A stretch of 64,000 nt of DNA from Candidatus Parcubacteria bacterium (GTDB taxonomy: Bacteria; Patescibacteriota; Minisyncoccia; Minisyncoccales; JAGMDC01): the NCBI GenBank assembly GCA_023131895.1, contig JAGLYZ010000003.1, forward strand, positions 1,394-65,393, written 5' to 3'. The notes under the pieces are model-generated. The model had not been told where the DNA came from and did no database searches. It was given only the letters and a program-made list of their open reading frames with translations. Both the position numbers and the translations under genes were made by a program. Below, piece by piece: positions 51,585 to 60,822 of the stretch (position 1 is the first letter of the stretch; the number at the start of each line of letters is the position of its first letter).

Positions 51585-52491
51585 AATATTTATTGCCTTG
51601 TTTGGAAATTATGCCATGTATTTGCATTAAAGAAAGAACAGTTCCGAGCTTGGCGATTGGGACTTTTAAATTTCGTGAAAGAATATCTATCCCCAATGGC
51701 TCTCTTTGAAGATTTTCAATGATTTTTCTCTCTAAATTTCTTTCTAGGAGAGCAGGATTATGGCTGTGAATGGAGGGGTTAGGGTGCGGCGAGGCCGAAG
51801 GCCGAGTAGGGAGAACGGAATGAACAGCCATATCATGCTCTCTAATATAATAACGTAAAACATCTTTCGCTGAAATAGCCATTTGAGCGCCTTCCTTAAT
51901 CAACTGCAAAGTTCCTTTTGAATTCTCGCTTGTTACTGGTCCAGGAACAGCAAAAAGCTTTCTTTTATATTTATTAGCAAGCCTAGCAGTAATTAAAGAA
52001 CCGCTTTTTTCTCCTGCCTCAACCACCAAACAAGCTTGCGACAAACCAGCCACAATTCTGTTTCTTTTTGGATATGTCCAAAGAGCTGGAGCTAAATCTT
52101 TTTCAAATTCAGAAACAATTAAGCCGTTATTATTTAAAATCTCAAAGTACAAATCTTTCTGGTATTCCGGGCTGATTATATCTATTCCGCATGGCATTAC
52201 TGCAATTGTCCGTCCGCCTGCCCTTAAAGCAGCCCTATGCGCTCCAGCATCTATTCCATACATAAACCCTGAAACAATCGTAATGCCAGCCATAGCAATT
52301 TCTGTAATAAATCTTTCCACAACCTGCCTTCCATAAACTGTCATTCTCCGAGAGCCCACAACTGCCAAACAATTTTCAAAAATCTCTGAATTCCATTTTC
52401 CCTTATAATACAACTGCTTCGGCGCATCGCTGATTTCCTTTAATGGCCTTGGATATGCTTTGTCATCTTTTAAGATAATCCCTTCTTCCAT
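51574..52491 (-). CDS. dprA: DNA processing protein DprA
   Basis: 305 aa: ...AVVGSRRMTVYGRQV...IVSGFMYGIDAGAHRAAL...GSLITA... Confidence 0.85.
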   Translation of the reverse strand: MEEGIILKDDKAYPRPLKEISDAPKQLYYKGKWNSEIFENCLAVVGSRRMTVYGRQVVERFITEIAMAGITIVSGFMYGIDAGAHRAALRAGGRTIAVMPCGIDIISPEYQKDLYFEILNNNGLIVSEFEKDLAPALWTYPKRNRIVAGLSQACLVVEAGEKSGSLITARLANKYKRKLFAVPGPVTSENSKGTLQLIKEGAQMAISAKDVLRYYIREHDMAVHSVLPTRPSASPHPNPSIHSHNPALLERNLERKIIENLQREPLGIDILSRNLKVPIAKLGTVLSLMQIHGIISKQGNKYYVD

Positions 52492-52609
52492 AATTTGTAT
52501 CTAATATTTAATTGAAAATTAGAAATTGAAAATTAACATCAAATTGATGAAAATTATAAAAATGGGTTAAAATATAATTTTTAGCAAAAGAAGCTGAAGT
52601 TTTTACTGT

Positions 52610-53593
52610 TTACCAAGCCAGAAAAATCCTATTTTCAATAAAGTCGTTTGCGTTTTGATAATCCTGCCTAAAAATAATACCAGTATTAACTATTTTCTGA
52701 CCTACAACAATGGCTTGCTCTTTATACCACTGCGTAAATCTCTGAAAAACACTAAATACATATGTAAGGCTATCTTCTGCATCAGCACCTGCTTCAGCTA
52801 AAAAAGAATGAGTATTTTTACTTGTTAGTAAAATACTTGCTCCTAAATTATAAAAGTAGCTTTTTGTTTCTGCTTCTAATTCATCTGACCTCGCTATTAC
52901 TCCTTTTCTCCATTCATATACTGAGTTATTTATCTGTATTAAAGCTTGATTGAGAAATGGTTTTGAATTTACTATAGAACCGCCTATTATTATTGTTAAT
53001 GTGTTTAAGAAATCATCTGTTTTTTGAGAGATAAACGATATTCCTTTAGAACTGTTTTTAGCAACAAAATTTATAGTGTCTTTGAAATCCTGTATCGGAT
53101 GCAGTCCTGAAAAAAACAAGGATATCTGTTGTTTTTTTGCTGTTATATTTATAGGAATAGAAAATTTAGGAATTGATATGGATGCTTTCACAACACCGAA
53201 CATAGTATCGGAAGCTGTAATAGATAGTTCTGTGCCAGTTTTTATTAAAGTGTCTTTTATTGACCAAAAAATGTCTTTATTAAAATCAAAAACAACCCCT
53301 GTTGTAAGCAAACAAAAAACCAAAACTCCTGCTATTATATATTCTAAAGCATATCGGAGTCTTGGCAGAGATATCTTTTTATCCAATGCTTTTTGGAAAA
53401 TTACTCTTTTTTCTTTATTATTTTTTCTGGAATTAGTTTTTAAATATTCATCCAGCCATTCTTTCTTTGTTACCCAATTCCTGTCAAATTTAACTGCTTT
53501 TAGCTTTCCCTGCCTGGCTCTCAATGACAAATACTCCTGTGAATAATCGCAGTATCGGATCGCTTCTGTAAGAGAGATATAATCCTCATTCAT
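52610..53593 (-). CDS. short paralogue of the giant protein's N-terminal module (HTH_17-like + TM)
   Basis: 327 aa. The first ~55 aa are nearly identical to the giant protein (MNEDYISLTEAIRYCDYSQEYLSLRARQGKLKAVKF...). The C-terminal ...FQRFTQWYKEQAIVV...YQNANDFIE matches giant aa ~150-200. Confidence 0.7.
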   Translation of the reverse strand: MNEDYISLTEAIRYCDYSQEYLSLRARQGKLKAVKFDRNWVTKKEWLDEYLKTNSRKNNKEKRVIFQKALDKKISLPRLRYALEYIIAGVLVFCLLTTGVVFDFNKDIFWSIKDTLIKTGTELSITASDTMFGVVKASISIPKFSIPINITAKKQQISLFFSGLHPIQDFKDTINFVAKNSSKGISFISQKTDDFLNTLTIIIGGSIVNSKPFLNQALIQINNSVYEWRKGVIARSDELEAETKSYFYNLGASILLTSKNTHSFLAEAGADAEDSLTYVFSVFQRFTQWYKEQAIVVGQKIVNTGIIFRQDYQNANDFIENRIFLAW

Positions 53594-53664
53594 ATTGCTT
53601 TATTTTCTCATAATTAAAGTTACTGTCAAATTTAAAACTGTGGATAAATATCGGATATCAAAAT

Positions 53665-53696
53665 CCCGCACCACTTTTAATAAAAGGTGGTGCGGG
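53665..53696 (-). terminator. hairpin terminator after tsaE
   Basis: CCCGCACCAC-(12 nt)-GTGGTGCGGG, followed on the minus strand by ATTTTGAT. Confidence 0.55.
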
Positions 53697-53715
53697 ATAA
53701 TTAACTAGGATTATC

Positions 53716-54123
53716 TTAGCTAATGATTATTTTTCTCGTGTTTTTGTCAATAAATTTGAATTTTATTTTTATGATATTTTTTGGCAGGATTTTTTTGATT
53801 TTTTCCGGCCATTCTATAGCAACAATATTGTTCGGATTAGAAATAATTTCTTTAAATCCGATACTTAAAATTTCTTCTGGCGTCTGAATGCGGTAACAAT
53901 CAATATGATAGAAATTTTTAAAATTTTTTAAAATTACAAATGTCGGGCTTGTGATTTTTTCCTTAATACCAAGGCCTTTGGCAAAGCCCTGGATAAAAGT
54001 TGTTTTGCCTGAACCCAAATTTCCCTCCAGAGCAATAATTCCTCTTGAGGTTTTTCGGGCCAGCATTCCTCCCAGTTTTCTAGTTTCTCCAGCACTGTTG
54101 GTTTGGTATATTTTTTTCCACAT
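53716..54123 (-). CDS. tsaE: tRNA t6A37 biosynthesis ATPase TsaE
   Basis: 135 aa: ...IIALEGNLGSGKTTFIQGFAKGLGI...SPTFVI... Confidence 0.85.
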   Translation of the reverse strand: MWKKIYQTNSAGETRKLGGMLARKTSRGIIALEGNLGSGKTTFIQGFAKGLGIKEKITSPTFVILKNFKNFYHIDCYRIQTPEEILSIGFKEIISNPNNIVAIEWPEKIKKILPKNIIKIKFKFIDKNTRKIIIS

Positions 54124-54178
54124 TGACTAGATTGTTTATTTAAGTTAAGTTGTAATAATATTTACTTATCTCTATAAT

Positions 54179-55474
54179 ATGAATAAAAAAATAACTGGTC
54201 AAATTATTATATCACCTCAGACCATTTCTAATATAGAAAAGAAAGTAAAAAATCTTTCTGGTTTCAAAAAAAACATTGAATCAGTTTTAGAAGAAAACAT
54301 AACTGAAGTTTTAGAAAATATTTTAATAGGCGCAATTAATTTAAATGCTTCAGATATTCATATTGAACCAAGGAAAAAAGAAATAAAAATCAGAATAAGA
54401 ATTGACGGAATGCTCCAAGAGATTATCTCTTTAGATAAAAAAATATTTGAATCTCTTCTCTCTAGAATCAAACTTTTAAGCGCTCTGAAGCTTAACGTTT
54501 CTGACCGTCCGCAAGACGGCAGGTTTTCTATTATTTCAAAACAGGAAACTATAGAAATTAGGGTCTCTTCCCTGCCGTCTGAATACGGAGAGTCAATTGT
54601 TTTAAGAATTCTAAATCCTAAATCATTAATTGAGGTTGAAGGATTAGGATTAAGAAAAGACCTGCTTGAACTCTTTTTAAAAGAAATAAAAAAGCCGAAT
54701 GGAATGATTATTGTAACCGGTCCGACCGGCTCTGGAAAAACAACCACACTTTACGCTTTTCTTAAAAGAATTAAAAGCCCGGAAGCTAAAGTTATAACGA
54801 TTGAAGATCCTATTGAATACCACCTCAAAGGCATCTCACAAACCCAAGTAGAGCCGGAAAAAGGATATGATTTTTCCAATGGACTTCGTTCTATTATGAG
54901 ACAAGACCCAGACGCAATTCTTGTTGGAGAGATCAGGGATACAGAAACAGCTAAAATTGCCATTCAGTCCGCTCTCACCGGCCATTTAGTTTTGACTACC
55001 TTGCACACAAATGATGCTGCCGGAACTATTGCCCGTTTAATAAATTTAGGCGCCAAGCCGGTAAATATCGGACCAGCAGTGAATATGATTATTGCGCAAA
55101 GATTAGTAAGAAAAATATGCAAGAAATGCGCTAAATTAGAGAAAGCGTCAATACTGGAAGTTGAAAAATTAAAAAACGGGTTAAAGAGCCTTTCTAAAGA
55201 AATTAGTTATAAAATTGATAGTGATTTAAAAATTCTAAAGCCAAATGGATGCAAGGATTGCAATAATACAGGATACAAAGGAAGAACTGGAATTTTTGAA
55301 GCAATTTTAATTGATGATGTAATGGAAAACTTTATTTTAGAAAACCCTTCAATCTCTGCTTTAAGGAAGGCAGCATTTAAAAAAGGAATGGCAACAATGA
55401 AGCAGGATGGTTTTCTAAAAGTTTTAAATAAAGAAACCACTATAGAAGAAATAGAAAGAGTGGCTGGCGAATAG
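54179..55474 (+). CDS. second GspE/PilB-family secretion ATPase (short, no T2SSE_N domain)
   Basis: 431 aa with Walker A GPTGSGKTTT and a tetracysteine CKKC...CKDCNNTGYKGRTGIFE. Confidence 0.8.
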   Translation: MNKKITGQIIISPQTISNIEKKVKNLSGFKKNIESVLEENITEVLENILIGAINLNASDIHIEPRKKEIKIRIRIDGMLQEIISLDKKIFESLLSRIKLLSALKLNVSDRPQDGRFSIISKQETIEIRVSSLPSEYGESIVLRILNPKSLIEVEGLGLRKDLLELFLKEIKKPNGMIIVTGPTGSGKTTTLYAFLKRIKSPEAKVITIEDPIEYHLKGISQTQVEPEKGYDFSNGLRSIMRQDPDAILVGEIRDTETAKIAIQSALTGHLVLTTLHTNDAAGTIARLINLGAKPVNIGPAVNMIIAQRLVRKICKKCAKLEKASILEVEKLKNGLKSLSKEISYKIDSDLKILKPNGCKDCNNTGYKGRTGIFEAILIDDVMENFILENPSISALRKAAFKKGMATMKQDGFLKVLNKETTIEEIERVAGE

Positions 55475-55648
55475 CCCGGAGCCGGGGACAGGACTTTAGC
55501 TTGAGAACTTAAAGTTCAGAATCTCTTTGAGGAATAAGCCAGCATTACCTGAATTATCCATTAACTGAAAGAAATTCCTATATCCCCGGCTCTGGGCTAT
55601 CTTTAGCTTTAATTATAATAAATAATATGAATTTGTCAACCCCTACAT

Positions 55649-56680
55649 ATGATTATATCTAAAAAAAACAATTGTATTCTAAAAAAAGATAAATCCTGCA
55701 AAGATGACGAAATTTTAGATAATGCTTTACGGCCAAAAAACTGGGAAGAATATATCGGCCAGGAAAAATTAAAGAAAAATCTAAGAATAATTATTCAAGC
55801 AGCCAAGCAAAGAAAGGAAGCTCCTGACCACTTGCTTTTCTACGGAAGCCCTGGACTTGGAAAAAGCACAATTTCCCATCTCATTGCTAAAGAAATGGAA
55901 GCTGATATTAAAACTACCTCTGGCCCAGCCATTGAAAAAGCTGGCGATTTAGCTTCTATTCTAACCAATCTTGAAGATGGTGATGTTCTTTTCATTGATG
56001 AAATCCACCGTTTAAACAAGGTCTGCGAAGAAATATTTTACCCGGCAATGGAGGATTTTAAACTGAATCTTATCTTGGGAAAAGGCCCAATGGCAAGAAC
56101 AATGGAAATGAAGCTGCCCAGCTTTACTTTAATAGGGGCAACAACCCGTTTAGCTCTTTTATCATCGCCTCTAAGAAACCGTTTTGGCGCTATTTTCCAA
56201 ATTGATTTTTATGACTCCAAAGATATTGAGAAAATTGTTGAGCACTCCAGTAAAATTCTAAACATAGCGATAGAGCCAAAAGCAGTTACAATAATCGCTA
56301 AATGCTCGCGTTATACTCCTAGGGTAGCCAACCGCTTGCTGAAAAGAATTAGAGATTTCGCCCAGGTAGAAGGCGATGGAATTATTGATGAAAAAATCAC
56401 TAAATCAGCTATGAAGTTTTTAGAAATTGATGAGCTTGGATTAGAGCCAGGCGATAGAAAAATTATTCAAACAATTATTAAAAAATTTGAAGGAGGTCCA
56501 GTAGGATTAAAAACCCTGTCAGCTGCTACTTCTGAAGAAGAAGACACTATTTTAGACATCTACGAGCCATACTTAATGCAATTAGGATTTATAGAAAGAA
56601 CTCCTAAGGGAAGAATGGCTACTTTGAATGCTTATAAACATCTTGGGATAAAATATAAGAGAGAACAGAATCTGCTTTAA
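55649..56680 (+). CDS. ruvB: Holliday junction DNA helicase RuvB
   Basis: 343 aa: ...LRPKNWEEYIGQEKLK...FYGSPGLGKSTISHLIA...LFIDEIHRL... Confidence 0.9.
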   Translation: MIISKKNNCILKKDKSCKDDEILDNALRPKNWEEYIGQEKLKKNLRIIIQAAKQRKEAPDHLLFYGSPGLGKSTISHLIAKEMEADIKTTSGPAIEKAGDLASILTNLEDGDVLFIDEIHRLNKVCEEIFYPAMEDFKLNLILGKGPMARTMEMKLPSFTLIGATTRLALLSSPLRNRFGAIFQIDFYDSKDIEKIVEHSSKILNIAIEPKAVTIIAKCSRYTPRVANRLLKRIRDFAQVEGDGIIDEKITKSAMKFLEIDELGLEPGDRKIIQTIIKKFEGGPVGLKTLSAATSEEEDTILDIYEPYLMQLGFIERTPKGRMATLNAYKHLGIKYKREQNLL

Positions 56681-56744
56681 ACAGAATTTAAACAATCTTT
56701 GCACTGCTTTTAAACAGTTTTTAAACAGTTTTTTTTACAGCAAA

Positions 56745-57944
56745 ATGGAAAAAACTTTAAAATTTTTTTTGTTAATAATTATAGCACTAATCGGTTTTCA
56801 AACCGATTTTATTTTGGCTGTTGAAAATTCAGTAGTTATTAACGAAATTGCATGGATGGGTACTAAAAACTCTCATAACGATGAATGGATTGAATTGTAT
56901 AATAATAGCTACACTAATGTAAATCTTGATGAATGGATATTAAAAGCTAATGACAAAAGCCCAGAAATTAAATTATCTGGTTTTATTTTATCTAAAGGCT
57001 TTTATCTTTTAGAAAGAACTGACGATGACAGTGTAAATGAAGTTTCTGCTGATATAATTTATAAAGGGGCTTTAAATAATAAAGGAGAAATTTTAGAGCT
57101 CTTTGACAGTAATGACAATCTAATTGATAAATTAGATTGTCATGAAGCATGGTTTGCTGGAGACAATCAATCCAAACAAACTATGGAAAGGAAAAATAGC
57201 AATTGGCAGACAAGCCAAGAGCCAGGTGGAACGCCAAGAAGAGAAAATAGCGATGGTAAGTCCGATGACGAAGAAGCTAATTACGAGGATGATAACGAGG
57301 CCAAACATCTTATGGATGTTCCGCCTCGAAATAATTATCCTTCTGGGATAGTTATTAATGAAGTACTCCCCTCGCCCGAAGGTCCGGATGCGGAAAATGA
57401 ATGGATAGAGATTTTTAATAAAAATAATTTTGATGTAGATATTTCAAAATGGAAAATTTCTGACACTATTGGTAAAGTTAAAGAATATATTTTCCCAATA
57501 GGAACAAAAATTTCAGGAAAAGGGTTTTTGGTTTTAGAGCGTCCTGAAACAAAAATTACCCTAAACAATAATAGTGATGGATTAAAAATTTTTAATCCTA
57601 ATAAAGAAATTGTTGACGAAGTAAGTTTTGAAAAAGCGATTTTGGGACAGTCATATAACAAATTTGAATTTAACTGGCAATGGTCAGAAAATTTAACACC
57701 AGGATCTATTAATGTCCTGTCATCTCTAAAAGAAAAATATACAGAGACCCGATCTCTGTTAAGTGAAAGAGCCACAGAGAGCGGATCTCTGTCAGACGAC
57801 TCTATCGAAGCAAGCATCAGCCAAGGATTTAAAGGATTCTACGAGAACAGTTCTCGTAGAATGGCTATTGTAATCGCTTTAATAATTTCTTTTTATTCAG
57901 CTGTTATTATTTTAATTTTAAAAAAGAATTTGAAAAGTAATTAA
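56745..57944 (+). CDS. secreted protein with two lamin-tail (LTD) domains and a C-terminal TM anchor
   Basis: 399 aa: VVINEIAWMGT...DEWIELYN and IVINEVLPSPEG...NEWIEIFN. Confidence 0.7.
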   Translation: MEKTLKFFLLIIIALIGFQTDFILAVENSVVINEIAWMGTKNSHNDEWIELYNNSYTNVNLDEWILKANDKSPEIKLSGFILSKGFYLLERTDDDSVNEVSADIIYKGALNNKGEILELFDSNDNLIDKLDCHEAWFAGDNQSKQTMERKNSNWQTSQEPGGTPRRENSDGKSDDEEANYEDDNEAKHLMDVPPRNNYPSGIVINEVLPSPEGPDAENEWIEIFNKNNFDVDISKWKISDTIGKVKEYIFPIGTKISGKGFLVLERPETKITLNNNSDGLKIFNPNKEIVDEVSFEKAILGQSYNKFEFNWQWSENLTPGSINVLSSLKEKYTETRSLLSERATESGSLSDDSIEASISQGFKGFYENSSRRMAIVIALIISFYSAVIILILKKNLKSN

Positions 57945-57964
57945 AAATTTAGTAAGATGAAAAC

Positions 57965-58690
57965 ATGAGCGGACATTCGCATTTTAGTTCAATAAAGCAT
58001 AAAAAAGCCATTACTGACGCCAAACGCGGTAAAATTTTCTCTAAAATAGCCAGGCAGATTCTGATTGCTGTTAGAGAAAAAGGAAACGACCCGGAAACCA
58101 ACTCTGGCTTGCGCTTAGTTGTTGAAAAAGCTAAGTCAGTGAATATGCCAAAAGATAATATAGAAAGAGCGATAAAAAGAGGAACTGGAGAATTAGAAGA
58201 AGAAAAACTGGAAGAAGTAATTTATGAAGCATACGGACCCTCTGGAATAGCTATTATTATTGAAGCAATTACTGATAATAAAAACAGGTCGTTGGGAGAG
58301 ATTAGACAAATTTTAAATCAGGCAAACGGCAAGCTGGCTGGAGAAGGCTCAGTTAAATGGATGTTTGAGAGGAAAGGAGCTATCACAGTAAACAATGAGC
58401 AGAAAACAATGAACAAAGAAGATTTAGAGCTAAAAGTAATAGAGGCAGGAGCAGATGATATTTACTGGCATAATTCTCTTTTAGATATTTATACAAAGCC
58501 AGAGGATTTAGAAAAAGTTAAAAAAAATATTGAAGCGCAAAACATTGAAATTGAATCTGCGTCATTGGACTGGGTAGCAAAAGAGGAAATTAAATTAGAA
58601 GAAAAAGATAAACAAAAAACAGAAAAATTATTTGAACTGTTAGACGAAAACGAAGCGGTTCAAGAAATTTATTCTAATCTTAAAACATAA
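57965..58690 (+). CDS. yebC: YebC/PmpR-family transcriptional regulator
   Basis: 241 aa: MSGHSHFSSIKHKKAITDAKRGKIFSKIARQI... Confidence 0.9.
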   Translation: MSGHSHFSSIKHKKAITDAKRGKIFSKIARQILIAVREKGNDPETNSGLRLVVEKAKSVNMPKDNIERAIKRGTGELEEEKLEEVIYEAYGPSGIAIIIEAITDNKNRSLGEIRQILNQANGKLAGEGSVKWMFERKGAITVNNEQKTMNKEDLELKVIEAGADDIYWHNSLLDIYTKPEDLEKVKKNIEAQNIEIESASLDWVAKEEIKLEEKDKQKTEKLFELLDENEAVQEIYSNLKT

Positions 58691-58692
58691 CT

Positions 58693-59163
58693 ATGATTAT
58701 TATAGGTATAGATCCTGGTATTGCTACTACTGGGTACGGCATAATAAAAAAAACTCAAAAATCAAAAATCTTAAGGTGTCTTGGATATGGATGCATCAGC
58801 ACTAAACCAGGATTTAGCGACGGAGAAAGGCTTAAAAAAATAAATACAGAACTTAATAAAATAATTAAACAATACAATCCAAAAGTAATGGCAGTAGAAA
58901 ATATATATTTTTTTAAGAATTTAAAAACCGCTTTTCCCGTGAGCCAGGCAAAAGGAGTAATATTGTTTACAGCTGCTAAGAAAAAAATCCCTATTTACGA
59001 ATTTACTCCTCTTCAAATAAAAATGGCAATAACAGGTTATGGAAAAGCAGACAAACAGCAAATTCAAAAAATGATAAAGGTTATTCTTAATCTAAAAGAA
59101 CTGCCAAAGCCAGATGATGCTGCTGATGCCTTGGCAACAGCAGTTTGTTATACTAATTTATGA
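58693..59163 (+). CDS. ruvC: crossover junction endodeoxyribonuclease RuvC
   Basis: 156 aa: MIIIGIDPGIATTGYGII...AVENIYFFKN...DDAADALATAVC. Confidence 0.9.
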   Translation: MIIIGIDPGIATTGYGIIKKTQKSKILRCLGYGCISTKPGFSDGERLKKINTELNKIIKQYNPKVMAVENIYFFKNLKTAFPVSQAKGVILFTAAKKKIPIYEFTPLQIKMAITGYGKADKQQIQKMIKVILNLKELPKPDDAADALATAVCYTNL

Positions 59164-59172
59164 TAAAAAGCC

Positions 59173-59200
59173 TTGACAAGTTTTTAAAAACACATATAAT
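59173..59200 (+). promoter_or_regulatory. consensus sigma70-type promoter
   Basis: TTGACA (59173-59178)-16 nt-TATAAT (59195-59200). Confidence 0.6.
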
Positions 59201-59297
59201 GGAGATATAGCTTGGAAAGGTCGATGATAATAGAGTAGAAATTAAAAATCACTCTTTTTTTATTTACTGTGAAGAGAGTGATATTCTTTAAAAAATT

Positions 59298-59567
59298 ATG
59301 ATTTACGAATTTACTAGTGAAGGAGAAGAAGAAACAACTGACGCTCCTGAAACTCCTGCCACTGACGCTCCTGTAGAAGGAGAAACAACTAATCAGTTGG
59401 AAGGAGAAGAAGCTACTGGAGAAGAAACTCCTAAAGAAGAAGCTGAAGGAACTCCTGAAACCGAAGGAACTCCTGAAACCGAAGGAGCACCTAAGGAAGT
59501 CCCAGAAACTGAAAAAACTACTGAAGAAGGTTCTGAAGAAAAACCAGAAGAAACTCCAGTTGTGTAA
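59298..59567 (+). CDS. highly acidic low-complexity small protein (hypothetical)
   Basis: 89 aa rich in Glu/Thr/Pro, with tandem EGTPET units. It has its own promoter and a downstream terminator but no clear SD. Confidence 0.4.
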   Translation: MIYEFTSEGEEETTDAPETPATDAPVEGETTNQLEGEEATGEETPKEEAEGTPETEGTPETEGAPKEVPETEKTTEEGSEEKPEETPVV

Positions 59568-59570
59568 TTT

Positions 59571-59596
59571 AAAAATCCCGCCTCTGCGGGATTTTT
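59571..59596. terminator. bidirectional terminator (acidic ORF / tyrS)
   Basis: AAAAATCCCGC-CTCT-GCGGGATTTTT. Confidence 0.75.
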
Positions 59597-60794
59597 AAAT
59601 TATCTTAATAAATCTTCTTTTCCCGACTTGAATTATTATGCCTTTTTTTATTTTAATCTTTGCCTGCCAGTCATTTTGAATTTTATTATCTATTTTAACT
59701 CCCTTTTGCAAGACCAATCTTTTAGCTTCTGACTTTGAGGAAGCTATTTTTATTTCCTTCAACAAGTCCAAAATATCCCAATCGCCAGCCTTCAACTTGA
59801 TTGCAGGGATTTTAGACGGCAGTTTTTTTTCTTTAAAAACCCTGTTAAATTCCTTTTCAGCCTTTCCTGCCGCTTTTTTACTATAATAGAGAGCAACAAT
59901 TTCCCGAGCCAATCTTTGTTTTAAATCCTTGGGGTTTATTTTTTTTAATTTTAAATCTTTTTTTACCTGAGTAATCTTTTCTAATGGAATATCTGTGGCT
60001 AATTCAAAATAATGAAGAATTAAATTATCAGGGACAGACATTGTCTTTCCATACTGCTCTGTCGGAGGTTCAGTAATCCCAATATAATTATCTAAACTTT
60101 TACTCATTTTGTCTTTGCCGTCTAATCCAACCAGAAGCGAAGTAGTCATCACATCCTGTTGAGGTTGATTAAATCTTTTCTGAAGCTTTCTGCCCATCAA
60201 CATATTAAAGGTTTGGTCGGTCCCCCCTATTTCAAGGTCTGACTTTATAACTATGGAATCATATCCTTGTAAAATCGGGTAAATTATTTCATGGGGATAA
60301 ATATCAATTTTTCCTTTCATTCTCTTTTCAAAATCATCTCTTTCTAAAATTCGAGCTAAAGTAATTTTACTGAATAGTTTTATAAAATCGTCTGGGGCCA
60401 TCTTATCGTACCACTCACTGTTTCTTTTAATTTCTATTTTTTTTGTATCAATCACCTTTCTCACCTGTTCAAGGTAGGTTTTAGCATTCTCATTGACTTG
60501 TTTATTTGAAAGTTGAGGCCGAGTTTTTGATTTGCCTGAAGGGTCGCCGATTCTACCAGTAAAATCACCAATAATAAAAACGATTTGATGCCCCAGTTTT
60601 TGAAATTCTTGGAGTTTTTTTAAGGGAACAGTATGACCTAAATGAATATCAGGTCTTGAAGGGTCAACTCCAAATTTTATTCTTAATCTTTTTCCGGAAA
60701 GCAGTTTCTTTTCTAAATCTTTCTTTATAATCATTTCTTCTACTCCTCGAGTCAACACCTCTTCAATTTTTTCAGGATTGGTATCTATTTTCAT
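59595..60794 (-). CDS. tyrS: tyrosine--tRNA ligase
   Basis: 399 aa with HLGH, KMSKS (KMSKSLDNYI) and a C-terminal S4-like domain. Confidence 0.9.
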   Translation of the reverse strand: MKIDTNPEKIEEVLTRGVEEMIIKKDLEKKLLSGKRLRIKFGVDPSRPDIHLGHTVPLKKLQEFQKLGHQIVFIIGDFTGRIGDPSGKSKTRPQLSNKQVNENAKTYLEQVRKVIDTKKIEIKRNSEWYDKMAPDDFIKLFSKITLARILERDDFEKRMKGKIDIYPHEIIYPILQGYDSIVIKSDLEIGGTDQTFNMLMGRKLQKRFNQPQQDVMTTSLLVGLDGKDKMSKSLDNYIGITEPPTEQYGKTMSVPDNLILHYFELATDIPLEKITQVKKDLKLKKINPKDLKQRLAREIVALYYSKKAAGKAEKEFNRVFKEKKLPSKIPAIKLKAGDWDILDLLKEIKIASSKSEAKRLVLQKGVKIDNKIQNDWQAKIKIKKGIIIQVGKRRFIKII

Positions 60795-60822
60795 ACTTTT
60801 ATGATAGCAAAAGTATTTAAAT

